NCBI GenBank assembly: GCA_002438685.1
Contig: DJQG01000013.1
Location: 2,398 to 51,837, forward strand
Direction of reading: 5' to 3'
Source of the DNA: Ruminococcaceae bacterium UBA6392
Lineage (GTDB): Bacteria > Bacillota > Clostridia > Oscillospirales > Acutalibacteraceae
DNA length: 49,440 nt
Positions 38,350-46,946 of the stretch are shown piece by piece. The notes under the pieces are model-generated. The model ran no database searches, was not told the origin of the DNA, and was given only the letters and a program-made list of their open reading frames with translations. A program made the position numbers and the translations under genes. Positions within the stretch are counted from its first letter, which is position 1; the number at the start of each line of letters is the position of its first letter.

Positions 38350-38393
38350 AAACCATATCTCCTATATACCCTTCCGCGCCGATTGCACGGAAC
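38303..38393 (-). ncRNA. Candidate small non-coding RNA (~90 nt)
   Basis: Own promoter (38429-38400), 5' 8-bp hairpin, purine-rich linker, 18-bp terminator stem plus U6; located downstream of the ftsZ terminator. Confidence 0.5.
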
Positions 38394-38399
38394 GCAGTT

Positions 38400-38429
38400 A
38401 GTATAACACCAAAAGCATATAACCGACAA
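38400..38429 (-). promoter_or_regulatory. Extended -10 sigmaA-type promoter
   Basis: TTGTCG-18 nt-TATACT with TGn. Confidence 0.55.
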
Positions 38430-38433
38430 TATT

Positions 38434-38463
38434 AAAAAGCACCGCCGAAAAACTCAGCGGTGC
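38434..38463 (-). terminator. Intrinsic terminator of ftsZ
   Basis: GCACCGCTGA-GTTTT-TCGGCGGTGC-TTTTT. Confidence 0.85.
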
Positions 38464-38473
38464 AGTTTTATTT

Positions 38474-39652
38474 TTATCTGTTGAAGCTGTCAAGAATGAT
38501 GCTGAACTCGTCATCGGGATTTATCTCGGCAGGTCTCTTGGCGATATAAGGAGCTTCTTCCTTTTTCGGCTCTTCGGGAGCTACGGGCTTCACGGGCTGA
38601 GTGATGCTCGTCTGAACATACTCGGTCTGCGCCGCCGGAGCTGCAGGAGATTCTGCCTTGGGCTGCTCTGTGGGATACATCGCCGACTTCGGCTTATCTT
38701 CAAAGCCGGTCGCGATAACGGTTATCATCATCTCGTCATCCATGTTCTCGTCGAACGCGATGCCCCATGTGATATCCGCATCGGGATGAGCCTGCTCGGT
38801 GATGAGCTCAGCTGCGCCCTCGATATCCTCAAGGTCAACATCGGGAGCAGCGGTGAAGCTGATAATAACGCCCTTTGCACCCGCAATCGAGGTCTCAAGC
38901 AGCGGGCTGGAAATGGAGCCCTTTGCCGCCTCTATAGCCTTGTCCTTGCCGGAGGCCTTGGCAAAGCCCATGTGAGCATAGCCTGCGTCCTTCATTATCG
39001 AAGTGACATCCGCGAAGTCGAGGTTGACGAAGCCGGGAACTTTTATAAGCTCGGAGATGCTCTTGACGCCGTGGAGCAGAACCTCATCCGCCATCTCAAA
39101 AGCCTCGGCAAAGGACATCTTCTGTCCGTTGTTCATCGCCTTGAGCTGTTCGTTGGGTATGACAATAAGGCTGTCCACATTCTCGGCAAGGTTCTCTATG
39201 CCCTTCTGAGCCTGGAGCTGCTTCTTTCTGCCCTCGAACTTGAAAGGACGGGTGACAACACCGACGGTGAGTATGCCCATATCCTTGGCGATTCTTGCAA
39301 TGACGGGAGCAGCGCCTGTACCCGTTCCGCCGCCCATGCCGGCAGTGATGAATATCATATCCGTGCCTTTGAGCGCGTCGGAGATAACATCTCGGCTCTC
39401 TTCAGCCGATTTCTCGCCTATTTCAGGTCTGCCGCCTGCACCCTGACCCTTTGTCAGCTTCTCGCCGATCTGGATCTTGTGCGTTGCACGGGAATGAGTA
39501 AGTATCTGCTTGTCCGTATTGACAGCAATAAATTCTGCGCCGAGCACACCGCTGTCGACCATGCGGTTGACGGCATTTCCGCCGCCGCCGCCGACGCCTA
39601 TAACTTTTATCTGCGTGGTTATCTCGCAGTCATTGTCGAGTTCAAACGCCAT
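38474..39652 (-). CDS. ftsZ: Cell division protein FtsZ
   Basis: [14 protein letters not shown], tubulin signature [16 protein letters not shown]. Confidence 0.99.
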   Translation of the reverse strand: MAFELDNDCEITTQIKVIGVGGGGGNAVNRMVDSGVLGAEFIAVNTDKQILTHSRATHKIQIGEKLTKGQGAGGRPEIGEKSAEESRDVISDALKGTDMIFITAGMGGGTGTGAAPVIARIAKDMGILTVGVVTRPFKFEGRKKQLQAQKGIENLAENVDSLIVIPNEQLKAMNNGQKMSFAEAFEMADEVLLHGVKSISELIKVPGFVNLDFADVTSIMKDAGYAHMGFAKASGKDKAIEAAKGSISSPLLETSIAGAKGVIISFTAAPDVDLEDIEGAAELITEQAHPDADITWGIAFDENMDDEMMITVIATGFEDKPKSAMYPTEQPKAESPAAPAAQTEYVQTSITQPVKPVAPEEPKKEEAPYIAKRPAEINPDDEFSIILDSFNR

Positions 39653-39704
39653 TTTGTAACCCCCAAACTGATATATAAAAAACGGTTAGTTTTCAGATAG
39701 ATTA

Positions 39705-39733
39705 ATTTTAGCATACATTCAATAAAAAGACAA
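39705..39733 (-). promoter_or_regulatory. Internal sigmaA promoter of ftsZ
   Basis: TTGTCT-17 nt-TAAAAT with TATG extension. Confidence 0.6.
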
Positions 39734-39760
39734 GCAAAAAATCAAAACAAATTGACAGCT

Positions 39761-40648
39761 TTATTCAACCGCCTGTTCCGGCGATATTTCCGCCGTTGTC
39801 TGCTCGGTAGATATTGTTTCGCTCTTCTTTGCCCCGGGTCTGAAATATGCCTCGTCCGTTATGGATGCGTCGAGCGTGCCGTACTCGGTCGAGTCGATCC
39901 TGTCCTCTTTTTCAACCGCGCCTGCGGCGAGCTTGAGCTTTGCCGGAATATCGGCGAAAGCGCCGAGTTTTATCGTTATTCTGCCGTCATATGTAAGTGT
40001 CAACGCGGCGGGATCGCTCACATCCGCACCGGTTATCTTACCTTTAAGCGAGGTCTTTTCTGCCTCGGTCAAAAGATTTTTATATGTGTCGAGCGGCGAT
40101 TCTTCGCCATCCTTGACCTCAAACGCAAGAACGCTTCCGGGTTCAAAAGTTTTGGCTTTCGGGAACTTTATTTTCTGCAACACGTTTTCGGGCTCGGAAT
40201 CGAGCAGCTCGATAACTTTATATTTCGTATCTGTCAGCGCCCATGTGCCGTCAACGCAGACGCCGTAGAGCACCTTCGCCTGCTTATATTCTATGGAAAC
40301 CGTGTGCGGCAGCTTGCGCTTTATCGTTACCGTTTCTATATACGGCAGCTTCCTCGTTATCCTGTCCTCGGCTTTGTTGAGATTAATCCACATCAGGCAG
40401 TCGCCGACATCTATTCCGGACGCGCTGACTATCTCATTTCCGTCATACCTGCCGTCCCCGCTCAGAGAAAAGCCCTCCACGCGGAACAACACTGCGCTGC
40501 CGATAAACGCGGCTACCGCGAGAACGACAATAACAATAGGCAGAGTCACTATCGCTATTCTCACGCGACGGCGGCGTCTCCCCTTTTTGCTAAGTTTTTT
40601 CTTTTTCGGAGTCTTACTTTTCTGCGGCTGCGTTTTTTTGTTTTCCAT
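39761..40648 (-). CDS. ftsQ: Cell division protein FtsQ/DivIB
   Basis: Basic cytoplasmic N-terminus, one TM, POTRA domain (LPYIETVTIKRKLPHTV); dcw position. ATG 40648 follows AAGGGGT. Confidence 0.85.
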   Translation of the reverse strand: MENKKTQPQKSKTPKKKKLSKKGRRRRRVRIAIVTLPIVIVVLAVAAFIGSAVLFRVEGFSLSGDGRYDGNEIVSASGIDVGDCLMWINLNKAEDRITRKLPYIETVTIKRKLPHTVSIEYKQAKVLYGVCVDGTWALTDTKYKVIELLDSEPENVLQKIKFPKAKTFEPGSVLAFEVKDGEESPLDTYKNLLTEAEKTSLKGKITGADVSDPAALTLTYDGRITIKLGAFADIPAKLKLAAGAVEKEDRIDSTEYGTLDASITDEAYFRPGAKKSETISTEQTTAEISPEQAVE

Positions 40649-40663
40649 GCGGTACACCCCTTT

Positions 40664-41920
40664 TCAGCTTTCTCTTTCAATCTCCGCCCCGAGTGAGCGA
40701 AGCTTTTCTTCCATATCCTGCCAGCCCCTGTCAATGAGGCTGACATTTTCTACTATTGTGCTGCCCTGCGCCGCAAGCCCGGCAACGGCAAGCGCCGTGC
40801 CCGCTCTCAAATCGGCGGCGCACACACATGCACCCGTAAGCGTCTCGACGCCTTTTATCACCGCAACCTTACCCTCAGTCATTATATCCGCGCCGAGGCA
40901 GCAAAGCTCGCGCACATGACGATATCTGTTTTCAAAAATATTTTCTATCATAACGCTCGTGCCGTGCGACACGCTGAGCATAGCCATGACAGCCGCCTGG
41001 GAATCGGTCGGAAAACCAGGATATGGCATCGTCCGCACGGTCCGGACACTGCGCAGGCGGCCGGGAGCCGAAATATGCACGCTGTTTTCGCCGCAGTCAA
41101 CTTTGCACCCCGCCTGCTCAAACACGGGGATGACCGGAGTTATATGTTCGGCGCGAGTATCCAAAATGCGCACATCGCCGCCGGTCACTGCTGCGGCAGC
41201 CATATAGGTCGAGGCGATTATTCTATCCGGAATGACCGTGTGCTCGGCAGAATGGAGCTTTTTCACGCCGCAGACAGTTATCTCGCCGCTGTCGGCGCCG
41301 GATATATGCGCGCCGCAGGAGCAGAGAAAATCCGCAAGATCGGCTATCTCCGGCTCGCGCGCTGCATTTAGTATAACCGTTTCGCCATCAGCGGATGCCG
41401 CGGCGATAAGTATATTTTCGGTCGCGCCCACACTCGGGAACGAGAGAGTTATTTTCTCTCCATGTAGACCGTCTGGGCATCTGCATGAGAGCACGCCGCC
41501 CTCAGTCTCAATCTGCGCACCCATAAGGCGCAGGGAGGACAGGTGAAGGTCGATCGGACGCAGTCCTATCTCGCAGCCGCCGGGTGCGGATATCTCCGCC
41601 ATGCCGAGCCTTGCGAGCAGGGGCGACAAAAATATAACCGACGAGCGCATCTCGCACATGAGCTCACGCGGCACGTCGCAGCGGCTGACATCTGTCGCAT
41701 CTACTGTAACGGTGCCGCCATCGCGTTCGACTTTGCAGCCGATAAAGCGCAGAATTTTTATCGCGGCATCAACATCGGAAAGGCGCGGGCAGTTATGAAT
41801 AACGCTCACGCCGTCAACGCTCGCCGCCGCCGCCAAAATAGGCAGCGCGCTGTTTTTTGCGCCCTGGAGGCGCACCTCGCCAGAGAGTCTGTTTTTCCCT
41901 GTGATCCTCACCGTTTCCAT
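40664..41920 (-). CDS. murA: UDP-N-acetylglucosamine 1-carboxyvinyltransferase
   Basis: GAKNSALP, PGGCEIGLRP (active-site Cys), SVGATEN, PYPGFPTD, DLRAG. Confidence 0.96.
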   Translation of the reverse strand: METVRITGKNRLSGEVRLQGAKNSALPILAAAASVDGVSVIHNCPRLSDVDAAIKILRFIGCKVERDGGTVTVDATDVSRCDVPRELMCEMRSSVIFLSPLLARLGMAEISAPGGCEIGLRPIDLHLSSLRLMGAQIETEGGVLSCRCPDGLHGEKITLSFPSVGATENILIAAASADGETVILNAAREPEIADLADFLCSCGAHISGADSGEITVCGVKKLHSAEHTVIPDRIIASTYMAAAAVTGGDVRILDTRAEHITPVIPVFEQAGCKVDCGENSVHISAPGRLRSVRTVRTMPYPGFPTDSQAAVMAMLSVSHGTSVMIENIFENRYRHVRELCCLGADIMTEGKVAVIKGVETLTGACVCAADLRAGTALAVAGLAAQGSTIVENVSLIDRGWQDMEEKLRSLGAEIERES

Positions 41921-41958
41921 TTTCGCACCCCGCGCAACTCAATTAGTAACTGCGTGCC

Positions 41959-41988
41959 ATCATATGCGAAAATGATTTGTTCTGTTAC
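41959..41988 (-). promoter_or_regulatory. Putative mother-cell (sigmaE/sigmaK-type) promoter of murA
   Basis: GTAACA-16 nt-CATATGAT. Confidence 0.4.
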
Positions 41989-43112
41989 CCGACCACCTTG
42001 CACAGGCAGTCATATATGCGCTGAGCCGCGTCGCTGACGCACATTGCGCGGGCGTTTTCGCCCATTTTTTCGAGCCCCGCGCGATCCGCGAGAAGCTTCT
42101 CGACCTCTTCGGTCAGCTTTTCGCCCGTCAGGTCTTTCTCTTCGATAACCACCGCCGCGTTCTTCTCGACGAGAGTCATCGCGTTGTGATACTGATGATT
42201 TTCCGCAACATACGGCGAGGGAATGAGTATCGACGGCTTGCCGAGAGCCTCTATCTCCGAGAGAGTCGATGCGCCGGCGCGGTTGATAAACAGGTCGCAC
42301 GCCGCCATGCAGCGGGACATATCGTCTATGTATTCTCTTATTGTAACATTCTCGAATTTGTCCGGGTCGACTCCGCGCTTTTTGAGCTCGTCCGTGACCC
42401 ATGTGCCGCTGTGTCCGGTGGCGTGGATGAAGCAGCAGTCGCCCTTGGGGGCGCGCACCGCTATCAGCTCGACCATAGCTCTGTTTATCGGCTCCGCGCC
42501 GAGGCTTCCGCCGGAGGAGAGAATGAGCGGACGACTGTCAATGCCCAGTTCGAGGCGGCTGTGTTCTTTATCCGCTGTAAAGAACTCTGCGCGCACGGGA
42601 AGTCCCGTCAGTACGCAGGGGTTCTTCGGCTCGAGGTATTTTTCCGCCGCCATGCTCGTGAGCATAACCACATCGACCTGCTTTGCGAGCGTCTTGTTCG
42701 TCACGCCGGGATAGGCGTTCTGCTCGTGGATAGCGGTCGGCACGCCGAGCTTCGCCGCCATTCTGATAACGGGTCCGCTGACATAGCCGCCGAAGCCTAT
42801 CGCAAGCTCGGGCTTGAAATCCTTGATTATCTTTTTCGCCTGCGAGGACGATTTGAACATCTTTGAAACAGTCTTTATGTTATGAACGATACCCGCCGGA
42901 CTTAAATCGCGGCGGAAACCGCTGATGTCTATCATCTTTATCGGATAACCCGCCTGGGGAACGAGCTTCGCCTCCATTTTATCGGCAGTGCCGACGAAAA
43001 GTATCTCGGCAGTCGGATTCTGTGAACGGATATATCCGGCAACAGAAAGAGCCGGGTTGATATGGCCGCCTGTGCCGCCTGCGGCGATAAGAATTCTTTT
43101 TGCTTTGAGCAT
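41985..43112 (-). CDS. murG: Undecaprenyl-PP-MurNAc-pentapeptide GlcNAc transferase
   Basis: GGTGGHINP, GFGGYVSGP, HEQN, GGSLGA, RAGAST, HQYHNA. Confidence 0.97.
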   Translation of the reverse strand: MLKAKRILIAAGGTGGHINPALSVAGYIRSQNPTAEILFVGTADKMEAKLVPQAGYPIKMIDISGFRRDLSPAGIVHNIKTVSKMFKSSSQAKKIIKDFKPELAIGFGGYVSGPVIRMAAKLGVPTAIHEQNAYPGVTNKTLAKQVDVVMLTSMAAEKYLEPKNPCVLTGLPVRAEFFTADKEHSRLELGIDSRPLILSSGGSLGAEPINRAMVELIAVRAPKGDCCFIHATGHSGTWVTDELKKRGVDPDKFENVTIREYIDDMSRCMAACDLFINRAGASTLSEIEALGKPSILIPSPYVAENHQYHNAMTLVEKNAAVVIEEKDLTGEKLTEEVEKLLADRAGLEKMGENARAMCVSDAAQRIYDCLCKVVG

Positions 43113-43131
43113 ATTGACTCCTCCGTTGTTT

Positions 43132-44400
43132 TTATATTTTTTCTATTTTTGCGCTTCGCGATACGCTCAGCACAACGCCCATCTCTATGAGCAATATCCA
43201 CAGTGATGTGCCGCCGTAGCTGAAAAACGGAAGGCTGATTCCGGTGTTGGGAATGAGATCGGTGACGACCGCGATATTGAGCGCCGCCTGAAGCCCGACC
43301 TGAACCGCGATGCCCATAACAAGCAGGGACGCGAATGTGTCCTTGGTGCGCATGGCGATATCGAAAGCGCGCTTGACAAGGAGCACGAACAGCACGATAA
43401 CAACCAGAGCACCGACAAGACCCATCTCTTCGCAGAATATCGAGAAGATGAAGTCGTTCTGCGGCTCGGAAACATACATGTGCTTCTGGCGCGAATTGCC
43501 GAGTCCGACGCCGAACAGTCCGCCCGAGCCGATAGCATACAGGGAGTTGTTCGTCTGCCAGCGGGCGTCGCCGGGGTCATAGCTCTTGTCGAGCCACGCG
43601 ATTATTCGCTCCGCCGCATAGGCGGGCATTTTTTCTCTGAAAACGACCATGAGCACCGCGCCGCCGACTATGCAGGCTATGACGAGCGGATACCACTTTC
43701 GGTCGATGCCGCCGAGATAGGTCATCGCTATGCCGAGAAGACCGACGAGTATAGTCGCGGAAACATGCTTTTCGAGCGAGATAAGTCCGCACATGACGCC
43801 GACGACTATCATATAGAGGAACATCATCTTCCAGTCGGAGCATATGGCTTTTTTGCGTCTGTCCATGCTCCACGCGCAGTACATTATCAGCGCAACCTTT
43901 GCAAACTCGGACGGCTGGAACAGGTTCTTGCCGCCGATAACGAGCCAACGCTTGAAATCGCCGTCGCCGTGGAAAATAAGCACGAGAACAAGAAAGAAGA
44001 ACGCAACGGTTATCGCAAAAAACGATAAATCTTTGAGCACCCTGTAATTTATTCTCGACACCAAAAACATCAGCACAACGCCTGTTACGGCAAAGATCAG
44101 CTGACGCTCGATATAATAATACGCATTGCCCTTATGTCTGTTTATGGCGTTGATATAGCTCGCCGAGAACAGGGCTATCAGTCCAATGATGAGCAGGATG
44201 ACGACGAGCAGGAAGAACTTTGTGTCTATCTTCCCGAAAGCCAGCACTTCGCGCTTGTCGAGCCTTTTGATACCGTTCGGGGTATATTTATAGAACGGGT
44301 AATACTGGCGAAAAAGCTTTTTTGCAGGCGACATTTCCCCGCTCTCTCTCTTCGTTTTTTCAGCCCTTGGGTTCTTCGTTTTTCCTTTTGACTGCGTCAT
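43132..44400 (-). CDS. ftsW: SEDS protein FtsW/SpoVE
   Basis: FQPSEFAK, IGSGGLFGVGLGNSRQK, EPQNDFIF, PNTGISLPFFSYGGTS; dcw position. Confidence 0.9.
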   Translation of the reverse strand: MTQSKGKTKNPRAEKTKRESGEMSPAKKLFRQYYPFYKYTPNGIKRLDKREVLAFGKIDTKFFLLVVILLIIGLIALFSASYINAINRHKGNAYYYIERQLIFAVTGVVLMFLVSRINYRVLKDLSFFAITVAFFFLVLVLIFHGDGDFKRWLVIGGKNLFQPSEFAKVALIMYCAWSMDRRKKAICSDWKMMFLYMIVVGVMCGLISLEKHVSATILVGLLGIAMTYLGGIDRKWYPLVIACIVGGAVLMVVFREKMPAYAAERIIAWLDKSYDPGDARWQTNNSLYAIGSGGLFGVGLGNSRQKHMYVSEPQNDFIFSIFCEEMGLVGALVVIVLFVLLVKRAFDIAMRTKDTFASLLVMGIAVQVGLQAALNIAVVTDLIPNTGISLPFFSYGGTSLWILLIEMGVVLSVSRSAKIEKI

Positions 44401-44430
44401 CCCGATCCCCCTTTCGTCTGCGGTTATTTT

Positions 44431-45474
44431 TTAAAGCGCGTAGCCGCCGAAATACATCAGCGCGATCGCCGCAGCTCCGCCGATGGCGTTGACTATCGAA
44501 AACACTGCGACTATCTTCTTCTCGCTCCAGCCGCTCATCTCAAAATGATGATGGATGGGAGCCATCTTGAAGATGCGCTTGCCGTGAGTTATCTTGAAAT
44601 AGCCTATCTGGAGCACATCGGACGCGCCCTCTATAACATATATTATACCCGTCAGGAGCAGAATAAGCGGGCAATTGAGCGCATACGCGATAGCGACGAC
44701 CATTCCGCCGAGGAACATCGAGCCGGTGTCGCCCATGAACACCTTTGCGGGGTTGTGGTTCCAGATGAGGAATCCGATGCATCCGCCGATAAGTACGCTC
44801 GCCATGAGTGAGACGCCGAAAAATTTATGCATATAAGCGATAATGCACATGGAGAGTCCGAATGTTATCGTAACGCTCGAGCAGAGTCCGTCGATGCCGT
44901 CGGTGAAATTGACCGCATTTATGGCGGCGTAGATAACGACAAAGCCGAAAATCCAGAAGAATATGCCCATCTGAACATTGCCGGCAAACGGAATGAACAT
45001 ATAGGGTTTGTTGCCCATGCTCATATAGAGCGAGACGAGATAAGCGATTATAATAAGCGACTGAAGCACCGTCTTCTGCTTCTCGGTCAGACCGAGGTTG
45101 CGCTTTTTGACGACTTTTATATAGTCATCGGCAAAGCCGATGAGCGCCACGCTCAGAGCAAAGATAATGCCACTGTAGAACTTCGTATAAAGCTCCGTTG
45201 TCGGTGCGCCGGTCGCACTGCTGGCGACGATATCACCACCGAGGAGCTTGTCGGTGATAACAGTCACCGCAACCGCGGCTATCGTGCCGAAGATAAACAT
45301 GAGTCCGCCCATGGTCGGCGTGCCCTGCTTTTTCTCATGCCACTTCGGACCGATATCAAGAATAGTCTGCCCGAAATGGAGCTTTCTCAGCCACGGAATT
45401 ATGGCAAGCCCGAGCAACGCGGTGACGAGCGCCGCGGCCGCCGCGCCCATTATCAATGCTGCGATTGTGTTCAT
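44431..45474 (-). CDS. mraY: Phospho-N-acetylmuramoyl-pentapeptide transferase
   Basis: KQGTPTMGG, DDY, NAVNFTDGIDGL, PAKVFMGDTGS, MAPIHHHFE. Confidence 0.98.
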   Translation of the reverse strand: MNTIAALIMGAAAAALVTALLGLAIIPWLRKLHFGQTILDIGPKWHEKKQGTPTMGGLMFIFGTIAAVAVTVITDKLLGGDIVASSATGAPTTELYTKFYSGIIFALSVALIGFADDYIKVVKKRNLGLTEKQKTVLQSLIIIAYLVSLYMSMGNKPYMFIPFAGNVQMGIFFWIFGFVVIYAAINAVNFTDGIDGLCSSVTITFGLSMCIIAYMHKFFGVSLMASVLIGGCIGFLIWNHNPAKVFMGDTGSMFLGGMVVAIAYALNCPLILLLTGIIYVIEGASDVLQIGYFKITHGKRIFKMAPIHHHFEMSGWSEKKIVAVFSIVNAIGGAAAIALMYFGGYAL

Positions 45475-46931
45475 TGTTTTTTCCTCCCTGTATCGTGCGG
45501 AAGCCCGAGAATTTCTCTTATGGTCTCCCGCTCGTCAAGCGGCAATTTTTCGCCGCCGATAAGCTGATATTTTTCGTGTCCCTTGCCCGCGAGCAGGACT
45601 GTGTCGCCGGGTTCGGCTGTTTTAAGCGCGAGTGCTATCGCCTCGCGTCTGTCCGGTTCAACGAATAGATCGCGGCGTTTTTTGTCCGTGCCTTTTAATA
45701 TATCGCCGATTATTTTTATCGGGTCTTCCGAGCGCGGGTTGTCGCTCGTGACGATAATCTTATCCGCATATTTGCACGCGGCGGTGCCCATCAGCGGGCG
45801 TTTGGTTCTGTCCCTGTCCCCGCCGCAGCCAAAAAGGACTATGAGCTTCCCACGACAGGACGGGCGCAGAGCCCGCAGAACCTGTTCAAGCCCGTCGGGC
45901 GTGTGGGCGTAGTCGATAATGACGCTGTACGGCGCTGAGCACTCAACGCGCTCGAGCCGTCCGCAGACGCTTTTTGACTTTGCGAGCGACTGCGCGGCAT
46001 CTTTCGGCTCGATGCCGAGATTTATCGCGCAGACAGCCGCCGCCATGGCGTTCGAGACGCTGAAAAGTCCGGGGGACGCGAATTCTATATGTTCTATGTG
46101 CCCTTTCGAGACAAGCTCGAAGTGGACACAGTCCGAAAGAAGCGAGAGGTTTTTCGCCGTATAATCGGCGCAGTCGATCACGGTTGAAAATGTAATTATC
46201 TTTCCCTTTGCCGCGGCGATTATCTCGCCGGCGCACGGGTCGTCAAGATTGACTATTGATACAGCAGAATGTTCAAAGAGCTTTTTCTTCGCCGAGAGGT
46301 AATTTTCAAATGTGCCGTGATAGTCGAGGTGGTCGCGCGTGATATTTGTGAACACCGCCGCGTCGAAGTCTATGCCCTCGAGTCTCCCCTGCGCGAGCGC
46401 CTGAGACGAAGCCTCCATGACGCAGGCTTGACACCCCTGCGAAACAGCGCGTGAGAGCAGCGAATAAAGCTCGGGCGGCTTCGGCGTGGTCAGCCCGCTC
46501 GGCAAATTTTCATCTCCGAGGCGGTTGCAGACCGTTCCGGTGAGCAGTGTTTTCGTCCCCAAATCGGAAAGGATATTTCTGATAAGCGCAGTCACCGTCG
46601 TTTTGCCGTTTGTGCCGGTGACGCCTATCATTCTGAGCTTGCGCTCCGGGTGACCGCAGAGAGCCGCACAGAGGCGCGCATATGCACTGCGGGAATCAGC
46701 TACATGAAGCTCGTTTTCGAGCCCCAGCCCATCCTGAGTCACAACAGCCGCCGCGCCCGAGGCGAGCGCATTCAAAGCTGCCGTATGGCCGTCAAAGCTC
46801 CTGTGGCGTATGCACACGAACAGCGAGCCGGGTCGAACAAGTCTGCTGTCATCGGTGACGAAATTTATATCCGCATCGTTTTTTATACTTCCGTCAAATT
46901 CAACTTCCCGGAACAATTCGGAAAATCTCAT
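45471..46931 (-). CDS. murE: UDP-MurNAc-L-Ala-D-Glu:meso-DAP ligase
   Basis: GVTGTNGKTT, MEASS, TNITRDHLDYH, DYAHTPDG, and the DNPR motif (meso-DAP type). Confidence 0.96.
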   Translation of the reverse strand: MRFSELFREVEFDGSIKNDADINFVTDDSRLVRPGSLFVCIRHRSFDGHTAALNALASGAAAVVTQDGLGLENELHVADSRSAYARLCAALCGHPERKLRMIGVTGTNGKTTVTALIRNILSDLGTKTLLTGTVCNRLGDENLPSGLTTPKPPELYSLLSRAVSQGCQACVMEASSQALAQGRLEGIDFDAAVFTNITRDHLDYHGTFENYLSAKKKLFEHSAVSIVNLDDPCAGEIIAAAKGKIITFSTVIDCADYTAKNLSLLSDCVHFELVSKGHIEHIEFASPGLFSVSNAMAAAVCAINLGIEPKDAAQSLAKSKSVCGRLERVECSAPYSVIIDYAHTPDGLEQVLRALRPSCRGKLIVLFGCGGDRDRTKRPLMGTAACKYADKIIVTSDNPRSEDPIKIIGDILKGTDKKRRDLFVEPDRREAIALALKTAEPGDTVLLAGKGHEKYQLIGGEKLPLDERETIREILGLPHDTGRKKQ

Positions 46932-46946
46932 TGAAAATCTCCTTTA

